Below, in pieces: positions 39,601 to 51,637 of a stretch of DNA of 64,000 nucleotides. The notes beneath the pieces were generated by a model. It was not told the origin of the DNA and ran no database searches. It saw only the letters and a program-made list of their open reading frames with translations. Position numbers and translations under genes: made by a program. Position 1 is the stretch's first letter. Every line of letters starts with the position of its first letter. Origin of the DNA: Zygnema circumcarinatum SAG 698-1b (lineage: Eukaryota; Plantae; Zygnematophyceae); contig CM074804.1 in NCBI GenBank assembly GCA_037447605.1, positions 930,001 to 994,000 on the forward strand, given 5' to 3'.

Positions 39601-42346
39601 TACCCTTGTCCATAAGATCAAGCTTCGTAAGAACACCCCATGTCCGTTCCGCTGCACTCCATCACATGCATCCCCCTTTCCTCCATCAGCTGCAAAGGAG
39701 ATTAAAATGCCGACTCAACTATTTACTAATTGACAAAAGTGCACTGTCCGACAGCAGTAGGGAAAAATAGGTACTAATTCGTACCGTCAGGGTCTACTTC
39801 TCGAGCAAGCTTCATGGCATCAGATGTGGCAATATCCTGATTGGCCGGAGAGATGGCCAGAATAATGCAGTTGGGCTGCGCATTCGGCAGTACGCGAGGA
39901 GAAACAGGGAGCTCAGAGAGAATGAGAGGAGAAAGAGAGAGAAAGAGAGAGAGAAGGAGAGCGAGGGAACAAGGGAAGAGAGAGAGAAGAGCTTCAAGAG
40001 GATTTATAGCTAGCAATAATCATTGCGAATAGGCAAAACCCATATGAAAACGTGAATAAAAATGCAATCGAGGAGATTCGAGCTATAATGAATGACTCTT
40101 TTGAGAACATGACCCTTGCACATATCGGATCTAGTGAGATATGGCCGAGCGGCTTAAAGCATTGGTTTGCTAAATCGAGGGCTTCTATTGCTTTCAGGGG
40201 GAAAATAGCGACAGGAGTTGCAAGTCACCTTTTCAACGTAAGAGCGAACCATATTCTCAATGTCTTGCACAATACTCTCCGCTTGGCCCTCTGTAGAATG
40301 CAAATTCTTCTCTTTCAATCAGGACTTTTTGAGAAGTGACAGGCAGACAAAAAGCATTTCATGAATCACAGAGAGGGAATTCAGGAAACGCGTTAATCTA
40401 TAACAACCTCCTCCGGGTCTAAACTTGATTAAAAAGTGTAAAAGAAGTACTTACAATTACGAAGCGCGTAATGAGAACTTACCAACAGCAATTTTTGTAA
40501 GACCAGGAAGATCCACAAGTGTGAGGTTAACCACTACAGACAGGAAAACAACCACGACAAAAGACCATTATTATATGCCACAACTTAACAAAGTTGACAA
40601 GCAACTTGAAGTTTGAATACACGACTGAACTTGAGAGTTTACAATATGGAAGAATGGAAGTCAGATTCTTATGTAACAGCCAGCCACTAGTCGATCTATA
40701 CATACCATTTGGAGAGAAGATAGAGAGATGAATTGGAACAGGAGAGATCATCTTAGTCTTCCCCGTCACCCTATCCGTCTCATCCGCAACCTCTTTACGC
40801 ACAGCAGCTGCAAAAAAAGAAGATCCATAAAGCTGCTGAACAAGGCATTGGGAAAAGGAAATCGAACATGATAGTAGGTGTCCCAACATGACATGGATGA
40901 CCTAAAGGCCATAATCATGACTTGCCTAACATGTGGAATTGTTGCGATCTGCAATTTAGCACTCAAAGAGAACCCAGTTATGAAATTTTCTGCAGTTTGT
41001 AGTCAAATTCTGAACAGAACATAGGTTTGTGTCTTCCGAATCATTTGTGTGGCACTTTGACTTACCCCATTCCGTATATTTTTTGTTAGGCTGATGCAAG
41101 AATTCTGCGTACTCCTGCGAGTTCTCCGTTTTATGCAGTTGAAGGACGAGAGGCCTCCGTGTGACAATACCTGAATTGTAAGCATAGATTCCGTGGACCA
41201 CTCAGAGCACAGTTACATCACATCTACAACCTGGAGCTATTCCAAACACTGGTCAGGGAGGTCCATCTCAAACATTCAAGAGCACAGTTAAGGAGAGAAA
41301 GCGCCGTTTGAATACTATGACTTAATTACGAAACTGAGGATCAAGGGAACCAACCATGTGATACTTATGTACTACATTTTCCAATTTCATGCGCTGCCAT
41401 AACAAAACAATCTTGAGAATTCGATGGGAATCAAGCACATTCACTTAGTTTCACAACAACTATCTTGTTGACAAAAATCTACTTCGCTTTAACCAGAGAA
41501 ACATGCTTTACGCCCATGTGATTGAACCTCCCTTGTGAAATAAACTCGCAAAGGTGCTCATTAAAATTTAAAATGTCGAAAATTCAACTGGAACAACACC
41601 AACCCAGCGCTAAAAATCAGTTGACGAAACATTCCATTTTTTTCCATTCAAGACCCTTTCTAGTTTCCAGCCTACCTGAACCACGTGGGAGGAAATCCTT
41701 TCCAACGATGCTTTCCAAGACCGATGACTTTCCGGAACTCTGCACACTCCATTACGAAACGTTGGTCTCACTTTGCTGGATCTTCAATACCTACAAATAT
41801 GGTGTTCCTTTCACAAAGCTATGACTAGTGTCTCGAATCAACGAATGTTTTCTGCTGCGAAAGTGGTCATCAACCACATAATATGTGTCATCCAGGAAGG
41901 CACGATAAATGAAGCTCACTTAACTATTAGCTATTAGGGGTCTACTACGGTTGTTTCGAGTAGTAGCAAAACAGCATAAAAATTTCCTTTATGTGACAAC
42001 ATTGGGGAAAGTGAAAAGACTAGTGTAGCTAATGGATAACAAGAAGCCGAAAACGAGGACTGGAATAGACATGCCACGGAACAGCAGAACTTATACATAA
42101 GAAAAGGAGAAAGTATCATCTACAGAATGAACGAGAATTATCTCTCTCTCTCTCTCTTCAACACCTACAGCCTTGCATCGGAAACTTCTGGATCAAAAAT
42201 AGTACCTGTCCGCCAACAACAGCAACGGAGGGAAGCTGCTCCCACAGCGTTGGAAGAGCATCGGCGGTGTCGTCGCCGCCGCCATAGTCTCCAAGAATGG
42301 TGCAGGCTTGCTGCAGCCGGTTAACGAGGCCAATCAAATTTTCCAT
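36609..42346 (-). CDS. DRP1: dynamin-related protein 1 (phragmoplastin/DRP1 family); ~16 exons
   Basis: [25 protein letters not shown]|[21 protein letters not shown]|[28 protein letters not shown], and the GED-region C-terminus [12 protein letters not shown]. Confidence 0.97.
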
Positions 42347-43731
42347 AACGCCTTAACCTTCGTAATTCAAACGGAGCTTGTCCACGGCCCTCTCGCAATC
42401 AGAAAGCTCCCTGAGAGAGGGAAGGAGAGAGAGTGAGAGAGAGAAAAAGAAGCGAAAGAGAGAGAGGACAATGTCGTAGGTTATCAGCCATGTCAATTTC
42501 TTGGATCAAAGAGTGCCTCTGCTCCGACTAGAAATAAAATCCGAATAGAAAAAATAAAAGGACAAGCGAAAAAAGTTGATTAGGTGAAGAGCTTCGCTCG
42601 ATGCAGTCCTATCCTGCAGTGCCAGAGATCCTTCAGCAGCAGATGCATAACGGATTTTCTCACAATCAAATTTTAGCAGACTCGTCCGATCTTCAAGAAT
42701 ATCAACAACATAGATGCTCTAAGCAGTTACACCGACATCACTCTTGTCAGTTCTGACTTCTAACATCCTCGGCCGGATTCTGGAGCTCAAATCTCATAAA
42801 ATACTATAAGAGAACTCATTTCACTTTCTCCAAACAAACTATTTTCCATATTATACCCTCATTATGCTAATGCACCCTTTCAATATTCACCTGCGTCCTG
42901 CCTGCCAAAAAACACGTCGCCAAACTCACCAGCAGGAAGGAGGAGAGGCAGAGAGGAGGAGGGAGAGAAAGCCCCTTCGGGAGGTAGACAAGCTGACGGA
43001 TTTGGAACCTTGGCAGAAACAAGCAGAGAGAGGAGGCTCCATGCGTTCCGTTTACCGTGACTCTGGTGGTTCCATGTGAGAACTGCGCATAGAACTGGGC
43101 GCGTGTCGCATGGATCTGTCGACAGTCAAATGCTGACGTGGCATTGTTGACTGCGAGTGTCGGTTCATTGGAGTACGGTAGCGCAGGGTTTTTTTCGCAT
43201 TCAAATTTCAAACGCCACTGTCACAGTTTCGTAATTATTATACAGAACATTTTAGGTTCAGTAGTACATCAAACTTTTTTTTAGACTGCCCGATTCATCC
43301 ATCCTGTACGTTTCCATTACGATCCAGCGCTTAAGTTGAATAATTGAGCTAAAGTTTGTGAATATTTTAGCCACACCGTACAGTCAAACCCGCATGACTC
43401 GCGCGAGCCCAAAATGTTTTTCGGGCTGAAATTTTTTCAGTAAGTGATTGTCGTCTCCTTTCAGGATTAGGGCACTGCTGTCCACTTGAGAGACTGAGCG
43501 GGAGACGAGCTAGAGCGTGCGGGGGGGGGGAGGGGGAGTGGAGAGGGAGAGAGGGGGAGGTGAGAGAGGGGAGAGAGAGAGAGAGAGGGGGAGAGGGGGA
43601 GAGAGACGGAGTAAGAGTGCCGGGGGGGGGGAGAGGGGGAAGAGAGGAGGGTAGGGGGAGAAAGGGATAGTGAGAGAGAGTTTTTGTCTTCAGTCACAGG
43701 GAGCGCCGAGCTGGGTTTTGAAGGCCTGCGT

Positions 43732-46700
43732 ATGGCGGGCTATGGCGGAAAATCTGGAGTAAAGCAGGTTGCGCAGACGTTGAGTGGATATCCCGAAGGT
43801 GTGAAGTTCGAACCCACTGATGAGCAGCTGCTGAAGCACTTGGCAGCCAAGCTGGGAAAGTTTGGATGCCAGCCGCACCCTGACATTGACAAGTTCATAC
43901 CAACCATTGAGGAGGAAGACGGAATCTGCACTCTGCATCCTGAGGAGCTGCCAGGTGAGAGATGGGTAAAGTAATGTGTACGTAAGTGGCTTGGCTGGAT
44001 ACTCTGTTAGGTTAGGAGTGGGAACTGATTGGCAAAGATTTTGACCGTTGGAAGGTACATGTGATGTGTGTGAGAGACAAGAGTGTTTAGGCTTTGTGAA
44101 AGGCTTATCAGGTTTCTGGAATAGTGGTTGCGAAAATGCTAAGGAACTGAGTCATGTGCTGTGTCTTGAAACGTAGGGAGTCGTCGAGATGGCGTGACTC
44201 GCCACTATTTCCATCGTCCTGCTCGTGTGAAAACAACTGGAACGCGTAAACGGAGGAAAATTCACATGGAAGCGGACGGAGAGAGGTTGGAGCTGCGATG
44301 GCATAAGACAGGAAAGACTCGAGCTGTTATTTTAAACAAAAAGAAGGTACAAGTTCAATGTATTGTATAGACAATGGCTAAGTGTCTGATTTGAGGTTCA
44401 GCCCCGTACAGGGCTTCATGATCAATGTGCCTTTCCGTTTTTTCTCCTCTTTTTTTCGTCGCCTCTTTCCCAATTCTCTGAGCATTCCCCAGTTTTTCTC
44501 CTCTATCCCTCTTCGTTCATTTCCTGCCCAACACTCTCTTCACGCCTTGTTTTGAATGCAGATGGGCTGTAAGAAGATTCTGGTGTTGTATGTCAGCAAA
44601 GGTAGACGAGCAGGTTCCACTGTAAAGGAGAAAGACGTGAAGACAAATTGGGTGATGCATCAGTATCATCTTGGAGACGATCACATGGAGAAGGAGGAAG
44701 AATGGTTGGTATCGAAGATGTTCTGGCAGATACAACCTCGCCAATCGAGTTCCAGAAGGGCCCCTTCTCATATTGAGGATGAGCAAACTGTGGCGGATGA
44801 TCTACCGATAGGAGAGAAGTGGAGAATGGCCGATCATTCTACAGTAACGTTTTCCGGTGGATCTGTACGCACAAATACCAGGAAAGTGTTACACTCTGCT
44901 GGGAAGAAGGTTTGGAAGCCTAACGCCCAGAAGCGGCTTCAGTTGGAAGATGGGTTTGGTAATAGCACAGGCCTCACAGGCCAAGGGTCAGAAACATGCC
45001 AAGAGAGATCGCTTACCATGGTACGGATTTCTCCGGCAGTTGAATTCCTTAAAGCCTGCTACATTGCCTGCTATAGACTAGTCACCTCTTTCTCCACCTA
45101 TGTTTTGTCTGGCTGTCAAGTCTGATCACGGTCAGCCTTCAGTAGGTAATGTGTGTTCATTCAATAAAAGGGGGAACTTTGTGCCTGACAGGAACACGAT
45201 ATGCAATCTAGTGGAGGAGAAGTGGCACCCCTTTGTGGTGTCTACAACAGGCCGGCGGCAATAGGCATTGAGGCGAGTTTCCTCTCTCCTCATCTCTTGA
45301 CGCTACCTTTCAAATGTATCCATGAGACTAAAAGTACTAAGGTGAAAACCGCATGTCCATTGGTGCCATATAACAAAGTGTTGATCTGTGTCTCAGTGTA
45401 GGTGTTTTTGGCTGATTTCTATTAGTAAACCACGCAGGAACGTATGGACGTTCATTCTCGTTAGTTGTAAACTCCGGTGCTTCCTGCCATGATTTTTGGG
45501 AGCGGTTTGTTTGTCATGCAGGCATTATTGAGAGGGTTGCATAATGCCCCACCAGAAGGGGATGCGTTGAGCCTATCTGATGTTGGGTCTTCCCAAGAGG
45601 TACGCCCTGTGTTGCCAGGCTCCGAAGCTGATGTAAAGAAAAAAGAAAAAAATGCCAAAAAAAAAGATGCCAGATCTTGGGCTTGAAGTTACGGTTACAT
45701 GTATGAACTCTTGCCCCTTGTTTGCATTTCCACAGTGAAGTGAGAATGTTGTGTCTGTCAGAGCATGGCTCTGTTACAGAAAGCTCTCGCTTTCTCTTTC
45801 CCCCTCCCACTCTTTATTTCTTTCTTCTTTCTCCTCCCTCCCCTTCTCTCACACACAAGTTTATCACATTTGATAGTATGTTTGTCCTGTGTTTCAGCCT
45901 CCCGACTATGAAGACTGCGATGCTGTAGTCAGCCGTGAGACACCGTTTGAAGAAGGAGAAGAGTTTGGTGGGTTTGGATGGGCCGATAATAGGAACACGG
46001 AGGCCCCTTCGGACCTTGTTGATCAGGAATATGCGAGCCTGATGTGTCATGAAAAGGATATCAATGGTTTGGACGATATAGAGGATGATGTTGAGCAAAC
46101 CCTAGGAGGTCTGCGTATGGCTCCAGCTGGTGACAAAGTGATTAGAGAAGAGAAGGTGGAATTTTATGGAGGGCTTGCTTCGCCACCATTAGACCCCCTA
46201 GTCTTCGTCGACGGCCTAATCTGCACTCCTCCAGATGTAGCAGGTATTGCCAAGACTTTGGAAAGCGATGTGAGAGTGTGTCAAGAGGATGGACATGAGC
46301 GTGAAACTATAGGAGAGATGCCAGTGAGTGGGGAAAGCCTCTGTGGAGGCCAAAAGGAGCAGCAGAATGGAGGGGTAGAGAATGAAGAAGACGAGCAGGA
46401 TAGCCCGTTCTTGCCAGAGCTCCACCTGAGTCAATCACTTCCTCTGCTTGACAGCCAAGAAGTTAACGTTCTTTGTGAAGGGCTCAACTTTTCTCAGGGG
46501 GATGGCCTCTTAAAGCAATTGGAGGATGAGGCCAACGTAGGGCAGGAAAGCTTAGAGGGGGCACAAGCTTCAAAACGTTTGCGAAATCCTTTTGATTTCC
46601 CGTCTGACGGAATCACCGCATGGGGAGAGCGAGCTGTGGGAACGAAAACTGCTGCTTCAAAAGGAAACCAGGCAAGCAAGAAGAAGAGGGGGACTGTGAC

Positions 46701-46779
46701 TATTGCTACTTTAAGGATGCAACCGAAGAGGGAAGCAAAGACTGGAGCCAAGCCTATCACCAGCTTCTTCACTCGGTGA
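43732..46779 (+). CDS. SOG1: NAC transcription factor of the SOG1/ANAC008 subfamily; upstream exons possible
   Basis: [41 protein letters not shown]...[51 protein letters not shown]; acidic C-terminus with SQ sites. Orthology to SOG1 is inferred. Confidence 0.85.
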
Positions 46780-47981
46780 GCCTTCCTGTGGACCAGTTTC
46801 TCTTTTTTCTTCAATTCTGCAGGGCTCATGTGCAGCCTGTTTCGGAGTGGAGAAGTGGCGCGTGTCCTCAGTGAAAGATTGAATTTTGAAATAGACGACA
46901 TGGTGTATTTTGCAGTTGTACCGCTCGGTGAAGCAATGAAGAATGTGAGACTTCAATGGGGGGCCGGGGGAGGGGGGGGATAGGGACAGAGACAGAGACA
47001 GAGACAGAGAGATACTGAGAGCCATGAGGTCATATTCTGATGACTACTGCGACATGATATCCTCCTGTACGGCTGGGCGGTGCATTCTGAAATGGTTGGT
47101 GAAACCTAAGGAGAGGTGTGACGCGTAAGGGGAAATGTGAAGCCTGAAGAGATAGGAAAATCCTACTCCACAGACTTGGAAGGGGTGGGGATTAGTTCAA
47201 GACAGCAAGTTATCTTCCTGTGAGGCTTCGTTGCCTTTTTCTGCATTGCCTTTCTTAAGTTTCTTATGTATAGGGGCCCTTTGTGTGTCATTTAGAGAGT
47301 TCAGCCCTCCTGTGGCGGTTGGAGGTGCGGTTGGGGGTGCAGACTGACTGCTTTGCATATTTACAGCTGTTGAATAGGTCCCTATGGATGATGCCATCAT
47401 CATAGCTCCCCCCAAGTTTGTGTCTTTCTTCAGGTTTTTCGCTGCATTTGGTAATAGCTTGTAAGTGATGAGAGTAGTGATTGTCTCAAGTTCATCGGTA
47501 GGATACTGATGAGAGACGATCATGTTGTCTGGTGCCATTTTTGTAAATTTTTTCTCTGGAAGCGAGTCAATGTAGCGCAGTTCAGTGTTGTGTTATGAAC
47601 AACTTTATGGTTTAGCAGCTTCCTTGCACGGTCCCTGTGGTGTCCCAAGACTTCCGTAGTGCCAAACACGGTTTTGTAGGGCTCCGGAAGCAAGAAAGTA
47701 AATTCAATAGAACTACTGTTTAGTTTGATTTCTGTTCGTTTTGTCAAATTCCATTGTACTTTAATTCTGTTTGGTCATTTTGCACAGAAAGAGTTTCCAT
47801 GAAGGGTACTTCCTGTATGCCCCTTTCTGACTATGGAAAGAGCAGAGCACCTTCATAAAGTCATTTCCCAAACCACTATCTAACTTTCGCTGGTAGCGAT
47901 GGGCTTCAGCCATTATCTTGCAATTTTTTTTCCCTTTTTCTTTTATATACACAAATCACTAATTCCACATGCAACGAAGGG

Positions 47982-48108
47982 AGAAAATGATGTTGCATTG
48001 ATCTCACGATGGCGGGCGATGCCATCAAATGGACATGGACAAAATCAACATCATGGGAACCACGAGGAACCAACGGCCACGAAGGAGCTAAGGACAATCA
48101 ATAGAAAA
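47982..48108 (-). repeat. dispersed repeat, copy 5
   Basis: Reverse complement aligns over ~120 bp with 8725-8840. Confidence 0.75.
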
Positions 48109-48233
48109 CAACCATTGGAATGGTCCGACCAATGCTTGAACCTGGATCCTTAACTCGCACCATCTTCGCCGTCAAGAGTGTTCCGTTAAACAGCCATTCA
48201 CATGGAACAACAAGTTTGATCTTTAAAAAAAAA

Positions 48234-48371
48234 GGAAAATGCTATTTACACACCTTTTCTCTAGACACACACCTGTTTCCGCCGGGCAAATTTTATTCTC
48301 GAGTTTTTATGGTATTGGGGTTTTTTATAAGGTGTGTATCTAGACAAGACAGGTGTGTAACAATAATTCCC
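48234..48371. mobile_element. short degenerate MITE related to the MULE at 3729-4440
   Basis: Left end GGAAAATGCTATTTACACACC...GCCGGGCAAATTTTA resembles the 3729 TIR; right end GGTGTGTAACAATAATTCCC is its inverted partner; TSD not clean. Confidence 0.55.
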
Positions 48372-48418
48372 AAAATAAATATATTTTCAACACTTAACGC
48401 AACTACTAATCACATGTG

Positions 48419-48775
48419 CACGTGTCGAGACCGCCGCTCGCCACGTGGCGATCGCGATAGTGCGGTGCGGACGCGTGGCAGTCCCTCGTCGAAGCTACCA
48501 CGTATACCACACGAGTGGGACACGTGGCGCGGTCCCAGCGCGGGTCGGAAAATTTGTGAAAGCCAAAAGAGCGCAGGCCCGGGCTCGACTGCGAAAACCT
48601 GTCCTGTGACATCCAGTAGAAACGTGCCACGTGTACAAATGTATCTACGTGGCGAATTCCCATTGAAGGACTTCGAGGACGAGCCCAAGGGCGGGTCCAC
48701 TCGTGAAGGGGCCATTGTAAAAAAGCGAACCAAAAGCCAATTACGATCTGCCAAGCGAATGATGTCTGACGTGGC
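48419..48775 (+). promoter_or_regulatory. ABRE/G-box cluster upstream of the LEA-like gene
   Basis: CACGTGTC 48419, CCACGTGGC 48441, ACGCGTGGC 48471, CACGTGGC 48521, CCACGTGT 48627, TACGTGGC 48646, GACGTGGC 48768. Confidence 0.6.
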
Positions 48776-48949
48776 AGTTTCTGATTGGATGCTGGTTTTC
48801 AGTGCAGGCGTTCCTGAAGGCCTCTCCTGCAGCGCTTCTCTCACAACTGCTTGGAACATCTACAGCCTTCTCGTTCATTTTTTTTGGGAATCAAAAACTG
48901 AGGTGTCGCAGCTCGCATTTGGAAGAGGAGACGAAGGCGAGTGGAGAGA

Positions 48950-49140
48950 GAGGGGAGAGGGAGACGGAGAAGGAGAAGGAGAGGGAGAGGGAGAGGGAGA
49001 GGGAGAGGGAGAGGGAGAGGGAGAGGGAGAGGGAGAGGGAGAGGGAGAGGGAGAGGGAGAGGGAGAGGGAGAGGGAGAGGGAGAGGGAGAGGGAGAGGGA
49101 GAGGGAGAGGTAGCGGAGGGGGAGAGGTAGCGGAGGGGGA
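48950..49140. repeat. (GAGAGG)n hexamer microsatellite
   Basis: Directly visible. Confidence 0.95.
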
Positions 49141-49245
49141 GAGGGAGAGTCCGCGGGAGGATTCAAAAAATAGTGTTGGAAAAAGAGAGGAATTTGCGTT
49201 CCTGGTTTTGACGCTCTTTTTTGGCACTGCTTTCTTTGCGACACA

Positions 49246-50714
49246 ATGGCGGCCGCCCAACATCGAGGTGTGCAGGTGGAGAGCAGACTGGCAGATGATG
49301 ATGGTAAGGATTTCGTTTGTATTGAAGCACATTTGAGGACGTCCAATTACGTAATGGAAAATAAGAAAGTGGTTATGAAGTGGATGATTAGGGCTTCATT
49401 TGAGTTCAGAACCGTGGACTGCTCCTTGCAATACGGGTTGCTGGATGCTAAACTTGAAAAAGTAAATGAGCAGTCAATGTGCGTCAATGTGATTTGTAAG
49501 TAGTAAAGCATTTATATTTCTATCGTCTTGGGTAGATTGGATCGTTACGAGTCATCCTTACTTTACAGAGGACCGAGATCTTGGTTATATCTTTGTTTTG
49601 GGTCTCTGCAGCAGTTGGTTGCCGTTGCCTCCTGCTCTGTTTGAGGCTCAGAAGTCTGTATTTGCGAGGCAAAGGAAAACGTCCTAGTTGTGGATTTTTT
49701 CAGATTCGTGACAGACGCTCGTGACGAAGGAATAATCGTGAAAAAAAATTCGCACGTCTGATTTGTACAACGTGCAGACCCAAGGACCGCATATCTTGCA
49801 GCGGGAGCTGGCGTGAAGCCCGAACTCCCGGCACAAGGACAGGGAATCCATTCTGGTGAGGCTTGAGTTTCCTCCTCTTTCCTTCAGTTTTTTATTGATT
49901 TGTGCTGGTATAAATTCTGGACGAAATAACTGCATGCTGCAGGCTTGCCTACTTCGTGTTCCGGAATGTTTTTTCATCGACAACCAGGAAAATGAATAGG
50001 AATAACGGCTCTTTTCGTTGTGCATATGGTCATAGAGGGGCTGGATGCTATAATGTGCTATAACTGATTGCAAACTGAAAGTTGGTACTTTCACCGGCCA
50101 TGGTGTGTCTACTTTACAAATGTTCAGCAGGTGCCCCGAGCAGAATGTTCAACCATCATGGTGGCCATGACGAGCACAAGAAAGATCCACACGTTATAGA
50201 AACTAGGCACGAGACAAACAAAGCAATATACGAGACAAAAATTGAGGATGATACTAGCAACGAAGGAAACCATCACGGGAAGCCTACAATGACTGAGAAG
50301 ATGAAAGCTCAGATGCGGGAGAGGCTTGGAATTGGGAAGGATCCCATGGACGGTGTAGATCCCCATCCTGAAGTTAACATGGAACCGCAAAAGCCAACTG
50401 CAAGTGACAAAGTGAAGGGAGCGTGGGAATCAATGTTCGGTAATGCAAAAGCAATGGAGAGAGAGATGGATAAAGCAACTCGAAAACCTCGTGCCGCAGA
50501 GGAGGAGGCCCATTCCAGTGTTGAAAAGCTTTCGCCATTCACCGGACCCACTCATGGGGATGCAGCAGGAGCTCTTGAAGCCATCTCGCCGGACCACACA
50601 GGCGGCGTGCCTGCCAGTGAGGTGAAAGCTCCGGGACTTTGGGATCGCACAAAGGAGGAATTTGAGGCCTTAGGTGAAGCATTGAAAGAAGTAGTGACAA
50701 GCAAAAAGTCGTAG
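49246..50714 (+). CDS. hydrophilic LEA-like / uncharacterised plant protein (exons ~49246-49303 and 50131-50714)
   Basis: Highly charged, Cys-free; amphipathic motifs SDKVKGAWESMFG and KAPGLWDRTKEEFEALGEAL resemble a plant KAPNxxERAKEE motif; canonical splice sites. Confidence 0.65.
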
Positions 50715-51637
50715 GGCAGCCTATGAGTGACACCAACCAAAGACTTTTTCTTTGTACGAAATATTCTCTTGAACACGGTCACAGCTGTAGTGTTTATCAG
50801 TCGTATTTTCTCGCTTATTCACGATTCTCAACTTTTTGGGAACACTTCAGGACACTGAGGGGACAGAAGAATTATTTTGTAAGCAAATTAATTTGGAAGT
50901 TTGTTGAACTCATCTAAATATGTGCTACATGTATTTTGTTTAAGGAACACAACCATCACTTTTGTCCCTCTCGTCTCTATCCCATAAAGGAGAGGGAGGG
51001 GGGAGAGGCAGAGGGAGTAAGTGGAACGGGAGAGGCAAAAAAAGCTAGAAAGGCTCTGACGAACCTTAGAACCCTAAACAACCTCTAAAAAACCCTGCAG
51101 CTCTTCTGCAGTAGGTGTGAGCTCATTCAATGCTTCCAAACGAGGGGGAGAAAACAGGGAATGCAATGTCCCCTGGATACTTTCCACGGAACTGACATAA
51201 TGCTCCACAATGGAAATTCACATTCAATAGTTCGACAGTCATCTTCATTAATACAAATTTAAAAATCGTTCAAAAACTACCTTTTTGAAAAACTAGCAGA
51301 AGCCATTATCCATTATCTACAAATACTTCCTAGGAACAAGCGGAGTGCTAGTCTTTCCATGGCCTAAATAAAGAGATCTTCCATCCATATACGAACCTCA
51401 CCCTAAATGGTATCCAATGAAAGACCTATTCTCCAGCGTACAAATCTCACCTTCCAATCACTGGTGAATCCAGTCACCAGTCACTCGGACAGTAGTTAAC
51501 TGACTCGACTAAGAGTCTGTCACGTCAGTCCCCTAACCCACCTGTGTGAATATAGAAATGAATGTACATGAAGGGTGTGACTTTATCGGAGTTATTTCGC
51601 GGTGCTTCCAATGATAAAAGCTTGAGATGGGCTCATG

